Part shown: piece by piece, positions 55,353 through 64,000 of the stretch
How the letters are laid out: each line of letters begins with the position of its first letter
Numbering within the stretch: the first letter of the stretch is position 1
IMG/VR virus record: IMGVR_UViG_3300044627_003959
Source of the DNA: an uncultured virus (IMG/VR IMGVR_UViG_3300044627_003959)
Lineage: Duplodnaviria; Heunggongvirae; Uroviricota; Caudoviricetes
Direction: 5' to 3' (one strand)
Length of the DNA: 64,000 nucleotides
Notes under the pieces: model-generated
Seen by the model: only the letters and a program-made list of their open reading frames with translations
Told to the model about the DNA's origin: nothing
Databases searched by the model: none
Made by a program: the position numbers and the translations under genes

Positions 55353-57911
55353 ATGCCCCTCTGGATCCCTAATGTAAATACTAATAATAATCTTGGCGAT
55401 ATGATGTCTGCAGGCGAAGGACAGCCTGGGCGCGCTAGGATAGAGGTTGGAAAAGTCTATACTGGAGTTATTACCGCCACGTATCATGGGGATAATTTAT
55501 ATACTGTTGATATTGACGGTATTAAAACGCAGCTGAGTTGTACTTGGGCAGCTGGTATTTTCTCTCCTTTACTAGGAATAAGAACAAAATATTATCCGAC
55601 TTTAAACACTCGTGTGGCTGTGTTATCAACGGGCGGCGCAGTTAACTGGATTATTAGCACCGCCCCGAATGAGATATACGATTACGCTGCAGCTGCTGCT
55701 AATTCTATGGTCGAGATGCAGTTATCTGATTTAGAATTAGAGCCTTATAAGCAAAAGTTTAAAGGCGCTGCACAGAATGTAACTAAGCCAAATGATTTAC
55801 TGGAAGGCGAATTTGATATATCAAATAATCTGGGTGTCGCTGTTCAATTTCTGACTACGATGGTGCGACTTAAAGCATCAGAACGAGCTAAGGTAGAGGC
55901 ATCATTAATGGATGATATGGTGCGTATTGTTAGCGAGACATTTAAACATTTCAGCGCGTTCGGAGATTACCAAATTTATAATGATGGTAGATTGAATGTA
56001 AGGTTCGACGGTACAAGTTACGAACACGAATCTTTTGGTAAATTAACTAACCAGGAACCCCTTGTTGAATTGGATGATAAGAAAGTAGACTTTCAAAAAA
56101 CATTCACTGAAACAGGGCGCTGGAGATTTAGCGAATATATAGGCTTTCTAGGTGACTTCATTCACACGTTTGTGACTGAGCCTAGTAGTACGCTTGCCGC
56201 TATTGCAGAAGACGCCATACGTCCTGGAAAGGCGCGTATGCAAATGCATAGTGATGGTTCTATTCTTATGCAGAGTGTGGCAGATATAGCCCTTGAGCGC
56301 GTGTGTCGTGTCATTACGCCAACTGAAAAAAGAAGGCAGGATGATCCTGAAGGGGTTAAGAAAGATGAGTTTAACCAGCTCAACAAAGAATATTTAAAGA
56401 TATGGAATTATGGTAAGGATATGAGTAAGGCGCATTATACTGCGTATCAATTAAGACAGTACGCGCGGTGGCTATCTTGCTATCACTCCTTTGCCCGGTT
56501 CCATCAGCTTGATAAAGACTGGGCCATGCCTTTAGAAACTGACGAGCCTACAACACACTCATGGCATAACCAAGAGAAGGATGTTGAGCAAGCAAACGAA
56601 GGCCAGGAAACTTTGTATGATGTATACGCTACAGTTAGAATTATGCGTGACGGTTCCATTCTAGTGATGGATGGGTACAACTCTGCCATTTCCATGGTTC
56701 GCGGTAATATCCAGATGTCTTCAGTTAGACATATTGAACTTGATGCCGCTGGCGATATAAGAATCAACGCAGGGCAAAATATTTATATGAAGGCGCGCAG
56801 GAATATTGAGCTTACTGCCGTGACCGGGGGCTTGACGTTGAAAGCTAGGGCTTGGTGGAAGGCGTTATGTGAATGGGGTACGATATGGATTAAGTCTGAT
56901 GCGGTTGACTTGAGTAAAGAAGCAGCGCCATCGCCTGATGATGCTACGCAAGATCCCAAACCTGAAATACACGCGGGCGCTATATTCTTAGACGCATCCA
57001 AAGGTCAGACTGTCTTGCAAAGCGAGAGACGAATTACAATTAATACTATCGGTAGCGCTACATCCGCAGAAGATATTAAGGACACAACAGCGTCTGTAGT
57101 TATTCAAAGTCGTAATCAAGATGTGCGCATGATAGGTAAGAGACACGCTGTCGTTAAATCTGAAGGTCAGAATAACGGTAAAATTATTTTTGATGCCGCA
57201 CAAGCAAAAGCTATTGTTGTGAAAGCACAGAAATTTTTATGCAGTGTTTTGGAAATGTTTGACATTAACCGTATTTTAACGCTAAAAGGTAATTCTCTGA
57301 GCGTTAGCGATGTACGCTGCAAAAGCGCGCATGTTGAAAAAAATCTTACGGGACCTAAAAATCCAGGTAAACAGGAACCGAATAATTGCTGCTTCGTTCC
57401 TCACGGGGAGCACGTGCAGTTATTCAACGGTAATTCCCCTGTCACACTGGCTACAGCATCAGATGTTCAAGAGTTAACAAATTACAATACCGCGTCTGTA
57501 TCGGAAGTTAATCCCCACGAAGATGCACAAGATCCGCCAGACGGACCTGACTGGGCATACACAGCTGAAGACAAAAAGTTTGATGACAGCGGGTATGAAA
57601 ACGATCCTACTGATGATGAAGTGTTCCAGCCTATGGCGCAGCAGAGATTAAGTGAACCATTCGCTGACGCCTTCATTGATAAATCTGGTTATGATTCCTG
57701 GGACTGGGAAGAGGATAATAAACTTAAGGAAGGTAAGCGTACCAACACGAGCAGCCGTCCGTTTCCCGGTGCGAATTCCCAGGAGAAGAAATTTGATGCT
57801 GGACAATCATTACATTCTCCTTTAAGTGAACCCTATTCCGATCAATCGCCGGATAAAGCAAAAGACTTAGTAACAGAAAACATAGTACGCAAATTCTTAA
57901 AATATAGTTAA
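55353..57911 (+). CDS. Baseplate hub/central spike protein (gp5/VgrG-like), putative
   Basis: N-terminal OB-fold-like segment (P.LNTRVAVL), later beta-helix-like IELDAAGDIRINAGQNIYMKARRNIEL. Confidence 0.6.
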   Translation: MPLWIPNVNTNNNLGDMMSAGEGQPGRARIEVGKVYTGVITATYHGDNLYTVDIDGIKTQLSCTWAAGIFSPLLGIRTKYYPTLNTRVAVLSTGGAVNWIISTAPNEIYDYAAAAANSMVEMQLSDLELEPYKQKFKGAAQNVTKPNDLLEGEFDISNNLGVAVQFLTTMVRLKASERAKVEASLMDDMVRIVSETFKHFSAFGDYQIYNDGRLNVRFDGTSYEHESFGKLTNQEPLVELDDKKVDFQKTFTETGRWRFSEYIGFLGDFIHTFVTEPSSTLAAIAEDAIRPGKARMQMHSDGSILMQSVADIALERVCRVITPTEKRRQDDPEGVKKDEFNQLNKEYLKIWNYGKDMSKAHYTAYQLRQYARWLSCYHSFARFHQLDKDWAMPLETDEPTTHSWHNQEKDVEQANEGQETLYDVYATVRIMRDGSILVMDGYNSAISMVRGNIQMSSVRHIELDAAGDIRINAGQNIYMKARRNIELTAVTGGLTLKARAWWKALCEWGTIWIKSDAVDLSKEAAPSPDDATQDPKPEIHAGAIFLDASKGQTVLQSERRITINTIGSATSAEDIKDTTASVVIQSRNQDVRMIGKRHAVVKSEGQNNGKIIFDAAQAKAIVVKAQKFLCSVLEMFDINRILTLKGNSLSVSDVRCKSAHVEKNLTGPKNPGKQEPNNCCFVPHGEHVQLFNGNSPVTLATASDVQELTNYNTASVSEVNPHEDAQDPPDGPDWAYTAEDKKFDDSGYENDPTDDEVFQPMAQQRLSEPFADAFIDKSGYDSWDWEEDNKLKEGKRTNTSSRPFPGANSQEKKFDAGQSLHSPLSEPYSDQSPDKAKDLVTENIVRKFLKYS

Positions 57912-57912
57912 T

Positions 57913-58614
57913 ATGGAACAAGTACAACCTGAAGAAGTGAAAGCGTTTTTGGATGAACAAACAAAATCCGAAAACGAAAAAAGCAATGTAATGAACTTAG
58001 ATGAGGCAGTCAAAGCGCAAGCCGACTCTGATTTAAGAATTAAAGAGATGCTCAATAAAGTAGAAGAAGACAGGGTTAAAACATTCGATCCAGAAGTTGA
58101 TACGTTGTCGAATATATCACCTTGGAAGATGGATGAGAATGACTTCAAAGTAGAAATCTCTGATGAAGATAAGGCGCTGTATCTAAAAGCTTTACTGCAC
58201 GATAATCCCCTCAGGCTTAATATTAAATTAGAAATGGGAATTAGTTTTGAGATTAAATCTTTGACTAATTTTGATCTAGAAATCGTGCATCTTACGTTGA
58301 TGGATTATGTCGATAATAAACGTGTGATCGGGCCTGCGCAATATGCCTCCGCAGTACAGCAATGCGCTGCAGCTATTCAGATTTGTAAAATACAGGACAC
58401 AATTACGGAACCTCCGTCCTTTGTGCCGGGAGAGATTGAGGCGGCAGCTGCTGTAGCGATTCTGAAAGAACGCGTAGAAAAAGTTATCGGTAAATGGGCG
58501 TGGCCTAAATGGCAGGCTGCAGTTACAGCTGTAAGACTCTTTGAATATAAGTTAACCTTGTGTAACGCGAACGCTAGAGATTCAAATTTTTGGCAGACCG
58601 CAGGTGCCAATTAA
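57913..58614 (+). CDS. Tail assembly chaperone (gpG-like), putative
   Basis: Upstream of tape measure; in-phase slippery heptamer near its 3' end. Confidence 0.6.
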   Translation: MEQVQPEEVKAFLDEQTKSENEKSNVMNLDEAVKAQADSDLRIKEMLNKVEEDRVKTFDPEVDTLSNISPWKMDENDFKVEISDEDKALYLKALLHDNPLRLNIKLEMGISFEIKSLTNFDLEIVHLTLMDYVDNKRVIGPAQYASAVQQCAAAIQICKIQDTITEPPSFVPGEIEAAAAVAILKERVEKVIGKWAWPKWQAAVTAVRLFEYKLTLCNANARDSNFWQTAGAN

Positions 58615-58967
58615 TGTTAGCAGCCTATCTGCGGGGGCTATTAAAACCTGACTACTCACAAGGAATTAAATCTGTTTATAGAGAGAATTTAATTCTTCAG
58701 TCTATTGCTAGAGAGCAAGAAGCCGAAGAAATAGTTCTTACTATAAATAATGAGTCTAACTATTCTCCTTTGCTGAGCCCTACTCAGGCAAACAAGCTAT
58801 TGAAACATCAAAATAAAATGTTATCTTTAGCTTTCGAAAACTTAAGGCATAAGAAAGCTACTAGCAACGAACTCAATGTAGATGTCAAAAGCGTTTATAA
58901 TTTTGCTGCTATGTACAACAGACTTAAGCGGGCAAAGTTAGTAGGAGTAGTAGAACCAAAAGAATAA
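58614..58967 (+). CDS. Second tail chaperone ORF (gpT-like), -1 frame relative to the upstream gene
   Basis: Frame is open across 58584-58614; own ATG overlaps the upstream TAA. Confidence 0.6.
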   Translation: MLAAYLRGLLKPDYSQGIKSVYRENLILQSIAREQEAEEIVLTINNESNYSPLLSPTQANKLLKHQNKMLSLAFENLRHKKATSNELNVDVKSVYNFAAMYNRLKRAKLVGVVEPKE

Positions 58968-58968
58968 A

Positions 58969-61593
58969 ATGGATCCTAGTTTATACGCAGCATTAAGCGG
59001 TTTAGGCCCTCAGACAGGCGGATTTAATCCTACGCCTGCGGAGAGTATGTTTGCTAAGTCGCGCGAAAGATCTTCGCAGGGGCTTATGGACTACGCGCTC
59101 TACACCGCGCCGCAGGTTAGAAACTCGAGCATGCTTACAGCTACCGCTTTAGCTGGAGATCCGGCGAAGGCGCACGAAATGCTCAAGAACACCGCACAGG
59201 GGCAATTCATAAAGGATACCTACGGGGTGGCTATGCAATCAGGTTTAATGCCTGGGGGTAACCCTATGAATCTTGCTTCAAGCGTGCAGCAAATGATTTC
59301 TAGCTCGGGCTTTAAAGTTGGAGGTATGATGGGTGGCGGTGCCGCCTTCGGCCATGGAGGCATTACCGACCAACTGAGCCGACAAGTATTCGACCAGATT
59401 AAAGGTAACTTTTTTAGTCCTACATCAGGCCTAAGTAAAAATAACGCTAAAGGTATGGATATGTCTCAATTCGGAGACATGGTCGGCCAGTTAACATCCC
59501 GGGGAGCCTTTGCTGGTATGGAGGCTTTTACTACTACCTCTGTTGGGGGTAAAATGGACTTTAAGGTCGTGCCTGAGAAGATGAAGCAAATTAATAAAAA
59601 ATTGGAGGACTACGCAGGCATGGTTAAAGATGCTACCTCCATATTTGGAAAATTACCCGTGGGGCAGATAACTGAAATCGCCGAAAGATTAACAGGGATG
59701 AGCATGGGCGAGCTTGGGGGTATAAAAGCAGCCAAGGACAAAATGGCTAATATTAAAGCTCACGCTTTAGCTTACGGTGCAAATCCTGAAAAGGTAGCAG
59801 CCAATATAATGAACGCGACGGATTCTGTGCAGCAGCAGTTATTTGCTGGCGGAGTACAAAAGAACGAACAAGCTGCTAGTGCTTTTAATTTAGCAGGTGC
59901 ATCTTCCGCTTACGGCAGACAGGCGGCTATTATAGCCGAGAAGGCAACATTCGCAGGTATGCAAGTAGCTCATGCGAGCGATGTAAATGCTAATCAGTTA
60001 GCCGCTAAAGGCGTGTACACCACACGTTTCAATGAGTCAGATGTCTCTAAAGCATACCAGGAAGGTCACATCGCTATTGGTAACGAATCTAGCTTTAAAA
60101 GGGTAGACGCGGCGCTTTATGAAATGTCCCAGGAAAATTCCAGAATCAAAGGACCAGCCAGAGAAAAAATATTGGAGCTTACTAAAAGAATGGGCTCCGC
60201 CAGCGTCTCAGAACAGGCTACTATAAGCAAACAAATTTCAGATATAGCAAAAAATAGTGGAGCTGATTTATCAGCCATTATTCGAAATATGGATGAATCA
60301 GAAATTAAAGGAGGTACAAGTCAGGAATTAAGTAATTTTAAACAAGATGTTATACACGGGGCGACTAAATCTCGTTTTGCTGCAGGTGCCTTACAACAAG
60401 CGCAGCGTATAGGCTTGGGTGGTGGGTTGCTTAATAGAGGATCAAAAAGTCTAAAAGGGCTTACTTCTTTAGTATCTAAATTTAATGCTGGTACTTTAGA
60501 CCAGATAGCCGGGGCTATAGATGAAAAAGGAAATGTTGATGCGGAGAAATTAGATCAGATATATAAGACCACTCCCTCGCTAAAAAATATTATGACGGCT
60601 GAGCAGCTGAGAGCTGAAGTCGGAGATATAGCCGCAGGACAAAAAGGCGACGTCGGTCAAAATATGCGCGATGTCTTTAGCCGTATAAGAACAACTAACA
60701 GAGGTAAGATGACGCAAAATGAGCAAGACACAAGAGAAGCAGCTGTGCGCGCAGTACAGGCTACATTAGCCGACGCTTCCCTAGGCGGACCTATTGATTC
60801 AGAATCTTTTGGTTCTGAATTAGTTCGCGGGTTTTTAGGCGGAGGTAAAATTGAAGATAAAAATATAACTCAGGCCTTAATGAACGATAAGAATGCGACT
60901 GGTGCTATATTAAAAATCAAAGAAGATAAATCTGGCTTAAACGTCAGCGGAAAAGATATAGCCAATCTTGAAAAAACTTTAGGAGCTGAGAATCTAAAGG
61001 GCTTATACGCTAGCCTGGGTATTAAACAAGGTGACGCCGCAGGGCTAGCTTCAGCTTTAGGTACGCCTCAGGGGTATCAGGCCCTGGAAAAGAATATGGG
61101 GGGAGGTTTAATGCAAGCGGACGCAGAGGGTAACCTTCGTGTATTCGGTGAGGACGCCGTTTCAGGTAAACGAGGTGAATTAGAACAGGAAGCGATGATG
61201 CGTGAAGCTAAGACTTTACTTGGTCCTGAGGCTAGTTTTAAATCTACTGGCGATTCCGGAAAGGATTTAATTAACTTTAACAAGCAAATGAAGGAAGGCT
61301 TAACAAGCGATAAGCTGTTAGGTCTAGCTACAGTATCCAAAGAAGGTAAATATGAAAATAAAGAATTCGATGCTTTAGCCCGCCAATTTAAAAATGATCC
61401 TGACTTAGATAAGCATCTAAAACAAAAAAGTGATGAGTTAAAGGATCAAGGCAAAAAGGAAGAAGCAGGACAAATCAAAGAATTACGCGATGCACTTAAA
61501 TATAGAAATACGCAAGAAGGAGGCGGACAATATCTTGGAATATTACAGATTATGAGTGATAGTATGTCCAGCTTAGCTCTTTATAAACAATAA
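58969..61593 (+). CDS. Tape measure protein, putative
   Basis: 874 aa, Ala/Gly/Lys/Met-rich and helical; follows the chaperone pair. Confidence 0.7.
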   Translation: MDPSLYAALSGLGPQTGGFNPTPAESMFAKSRERSSQGLMDYALYTAPQVRNSSMLTATALAGDPAKAHEMLKNTAQGQFIKDTYGVAMQSGLMPGGNPMNLASSVQQMISSSGFKVGGMMGGGAAFGHGGITDQLSRQVFDQIKGNFFSPTSGLSKNNAKGMDMSQFGDMVGQLTSRGAFAGMEAFTTTSVGGKMDFKVVPEKMKQINKKLEDYAGMVKDATSIFGKLPVGQITEIAERLTGMSMGELGGIKAAKDKMANIKAHALAYGANPEKVAANIMNATDSVQQQLFAGGVQKNEQAASAFNLAGASSAYGRQAAIIAEKATFAGMQVAHASDVNANQLAAKGVYTTRFNESDVSKAYQEGHIAIGNESSFKRVDAALYEMSQENSRIKGPAREKILELTKRMGSASVSEQATISKQISDIAKNSGADLSAIIRNMDESEIKGGTSQELSNFKQDVIHGATKSRFAAGALQQAQRIGLGGGLLNRGSKSLKGLTSLVSKFNAGTLDQIAGAIDEKGNVDAEKLDQIYKTTPSLKNIMTAEQLRAEVGDIAAGQKGDVGQNMRDVFSRIRTTNRGKMTQNEQDTREAAVRAVQATLADASLGGPIDSESFGSELVRGFLGGGKIEDKNITQALMNDKNATGAILKIKEDKSGLNVSGKDIANLEKTLGAENLKGLYASLGIKQGDAAGLASALGTPQGYQALEKNMGGGLMQADAEGNLRVFGEDAVSGKRGELEQEAMMREAKTLLGPEASFKSTGDSGKDLINFNKQMKEGLTSDKLLGLATVSKEGKYENKEFDALARQFKNDPDLDKHLKQKSDELKDQGKKEEAGQIKELRDALKYRNTQEGGGQYLGILQIMSDSMSSLALYKQ

Positions 61594-61597
61594 CAAT

Positions 61598-62062
61598 ATG
61601 GCAGTATTAGTTCCATGTCGAGGCAGTGTATACCGCGTTAACCCTATGCAGGGACAAGGCGGCGAGAGAGGCTTTTATGAAGTCGACGGATTGACAGCTA
61701 AAAAAGGAGACGGGGATGCGTTGCTTATAAACACAGCCAGCCCGAATGAGAATGATGTTGTTTTGCCTGTTATAACTTTGGAAAATACTAGAATACTTTA
61801 TTCGTTCGGAGCTAACTTTGGAGATATGACTATTTCTGGTTTGATCCTTCTAGGTAAGTCAGGCAATCCCGGGACTTCCCTGGCTACTGTTATAGACTTC
61901 TTTAAACAAAAGAGAGTATCTAGTAATAAGGAAGCTGTTAAGGTCACAGGCCCGGGCACAAGCTGGAAAGTATTTTTAACAGGGTTAACAATATCAGACG
62001 CGGATCCTCAGATAAATTCCCAGACATTCGCTTTTACAGGAAAGATCGCAGCCCCTAAATAA
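61598..62062 (+). CDS. Tube-initiator/baseplate protein, putative
   Basis: Tube-like pattern LYSFGANFGDMTISG; follows TMP. Confidence 0.55.
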   Translation: MAVLVPCRGSVYRVNPMQGQGGERGFYEVDGLTAKKGDGDALLINTASPNENDVVLPVITLENTRILYSFGANFGDMTISGLILLGKSGNPGTSLATVIDFFKQKRVSSNKEAVKVTGPGTSWKVFLTGLTISDADPQINSQTFAFTGKIAAPK

Positions 62063-62064
62063 CT

Positions 62065-62823
62065 ATGCGTGACGCTGTATTACATTTAATATCAAATAAA
62101 TCTAATGGGTTCAATGTCCCGTGCTTTCCCGTTTATAGTTCTTTCACTCCTTATACGGCTACAGCACAGGAAACCGTACTGCGAGACAAGCTATTTATTA
62201 ACAGTAGTAATTATCATTTAATAAATAGTTTGCTAGCTGTTTATTCTTTTATAGATATTTTATCTGAATTTAGGGAAACATCCCGCACCTTTAACTTTTC
62301 AGATTTGCCTACTGGTGAAGTCAGCATTGTTAACGCTACTTACGGTAATACAGATACAGTAAACTTTAATATATTAAACATACCAAATTCTTTTCCATCG
62401 CCTAATTATTTTAATTGGGAAATAAAGTATCAAGATGACGCGTTTATTGTTCTACACTGCTGCGATACTGTTTCCACTATTCCGTACACACTGACGTCGG
62501 TTACACAGAATAGTACTACCTATAGATTGCTCACAGCTGATTGGCCTGTTGTGACTGGGATAAAAGGAGGTTTTATATTAGACCCCGCATTAAGCTGGAG
62601 TTACGGTAATAGCATAACTTTAACTGTACCTCCTGTTGTTTTCCCATACGAGCAAGCTATAAAACTTGTAGACAAACTAGCGGAAACGGCGCATGTACTT
62701 AACGGTTCTGGCTTAGCTAGAAATTATTATAATGCACAATCATATATTGAGAAATACGCGTTGCTTATGCTTGCTATAGCTAGACCCGATTTGAGAAATC
62801 CTAAAATAGTAACCGTTTGTTAA
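62065..62823 (+). CDS. Hypothetical baseplate-region protein
   Basis: ORF track, synteny. Confidence 0.6.
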   Translation: MRDAVLHLISNKSNGFNVPCFPVYSSFTPYTATAQETVLRDKLFINSSNYHLINSLLAVYSFIDILSEFRETSRTFNFSDLPTGEVSIVNATYGNTDTVNFNILNIPNSFPSPNYFNWEIKYQDDAFIVLHCCDTVSTIPYTLTSVTQNSTTYRLLTADWPVVTGIKGGFILDPALSWSYGNSITLTVPPVVFPYEQAIKLVDKLAETAHVLNGSGLARNYYNAQSYIEKYALLMLAIARPDLRNPKIVTVC

Positions 62824-62824
62824 T

Positions 62825-64000
62825 ATGGCGAATAAAGCTAATACATTAGAAGTTCGTAGCCCTTCAGTCTCTGTTCAGGAAGAAAAAACAGATAGCGTCG
62901 AACTCACCTGGACGCTTCCCGTGGACTCTTTTTTGGCTGGCGCACCTGCCGCTAAATACTCAGCGCACCCGGCTGGAAGTAACAAAGTTTTCTCCCCTAA
63001 TGCCGCAGAGTTGATAAAAAAAATTGCAGACGCTCAAAACACTATGTTTCAGCCTGCTCAAGTCAAGACGATAACTGTACGTGATGGTAGCGAGCAAACA
63101 CTGGAATTCACAGGGTATGATGGAGGTCCTTCGCATTCTGTGATGTTTGGAAGAGTAAACAATGGTAAAACTATAGTCCATAGATGCTCTAAACTATTTT
63201 TTATAAATACCAGTATTTACAGCCTACCTCCTGATAAATTTGCAGTTTTTGCTGATGAAGTTGCAAGCGCTAAAAATCCTACCGAGATGATAAAAACAGT
63301 TTTAAAAAACTGTTTAGATGAATTTCAAAACACAGTAGACAATGATTTCTCATTAGTAGGTAAGGCAAAAGAAATTAAAACCAGAATACATAATAAAAAT
63401 GTAAAGGTTATTAATGATGAATGGTTTCCTATTTTAGACGCCAGCACTGACTCGGGTTTAGACAGTTTTTCAGAAGTAGTAAGCGATATTTATTCAGTCA
63501 GACAAAAGGTATTTGATTCTATTTACCAAGTTTATGTAAACAGCAACACTGACTTCAGCTCAACTATTTCTCAATTTTGCAGTATGTTTCAAATGGTTTT
63601 TGTTCCGTCTACAGACGGCAAGAGCCCAGGTAAGTTCATATCTTACAGAAAAATGTTGAGCGATGCCGAAGACAAGGATGTTCTAATCTCCAGTCTATCT
63701 ATGTCCCCGGGCTCTTCGAGATTCTTAACTGTTAGTGGTGTTATTATGCAGGGCGGGCCTGGAGATAATTTCTTTGGGGTTCTTTCCAGCGGGTCTGGTA
63801 TAGTCAGCTGGCCGGAGAGCATACCTGAAAATGGGGAATTAATTCCGATGCGTGTTCCTTCTTGGATACCTGCGGAAGAGTTTCCTGAGGAAGTTACAGC
63901 TGACGGTACGACTCTAGATTTAAATGAAAACGCTAAAAATGTCGAAGCGCAGGCAGGTAAAATAAAAACCGACTGCGAACTTGTGGCTAAGCTTATAAAA
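62825..64000 (+). CDS. Baseplate-region protein, 3'-truncated by the window end
   Basis: ATG 1 nt after the upstream stop (MANKANTLEVRSPSVSV...); the frame appears to stay open toward the window edge. Confidence 0.65.
   Translation, partial: MANKANTLEVRSPSVSVQEEKTDSVELTWTLPVDSFLAGAPAAKYSAHPAGSNKVFSPNAAELIKKIADAQNTMFQPAQVKTITVRDGSEQTLEFTGYDGGPSHSVMFGRVNNGKTIVHRCSKLFFINTSIYSLPPDKFAVFADEVASAKNPTEMIKTVLKNCLDEFQNTVDNDFSLVGKAKEIKTRIHNKNVKVINDEWFPILDASTDSGLDSFSEVVSDIYSVRQKVFDSIYQVYVNSNTDFSSTISQFCSMFQMVFVPSTDGKSPGKFISYRKMLSDAEDKDVLISSLSMSPGSSRFLTVSGVIMQGGPGDNFFGVLSSGSGIVSWPESIPENGELIPMRVPSWIPAEEFPEEVTADGTTLDLNENAKNVEAQAGKIKTDCELVAKLIK

Overview
The window is a 64-kb segment of a large tailed-phage genome (contractile tail, probably a jumbo phage), read in standard code 11 and almost entirely on the + strand. 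1-20.6 kb holds early/accessory genes: SSB, two separate AAA+ ATPase/VWA pairs, an AT-hook protein, tmRNA, tRNA-Val, tRNA-Ser, an RRM protein, an HhH-GPD glycosylase, a Gp88-like protein, a small lipoprotein and many orphans. 20.7-50.5 kb is a head module containing three fragments of a bacterial-type multisubunit RNA polymerase: beta C-half fused to the beta' N-terminus, the beta' catalytic NADFDGD piece, and a beta' C-terminal piece with a LAGLIDADG intein in the bridge helix. The same module holds a prohead protease, scaffold, decoration protein and major capsid protein. 50.5-64 kb encodes neck, sheath, tube, hub/spike, a tail chaperone with an in-phase -1 slippery site, tape measure and baseplate genes. 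The most notable inferred system is a K-x-A motif repeated through about 13 head-module proteins, which looks like a prohead-protease processing code that cuts cargo (including a GNAT domain) out of polyproteins. It occurs alongside a probable virion-packaged split RNAP, a dedicated TGTGTTATATA promoter class on early cassettes, and sigma70-like, often leaderless promoters on structural genes. All calls come from reading motifs by eye; no database search was run.
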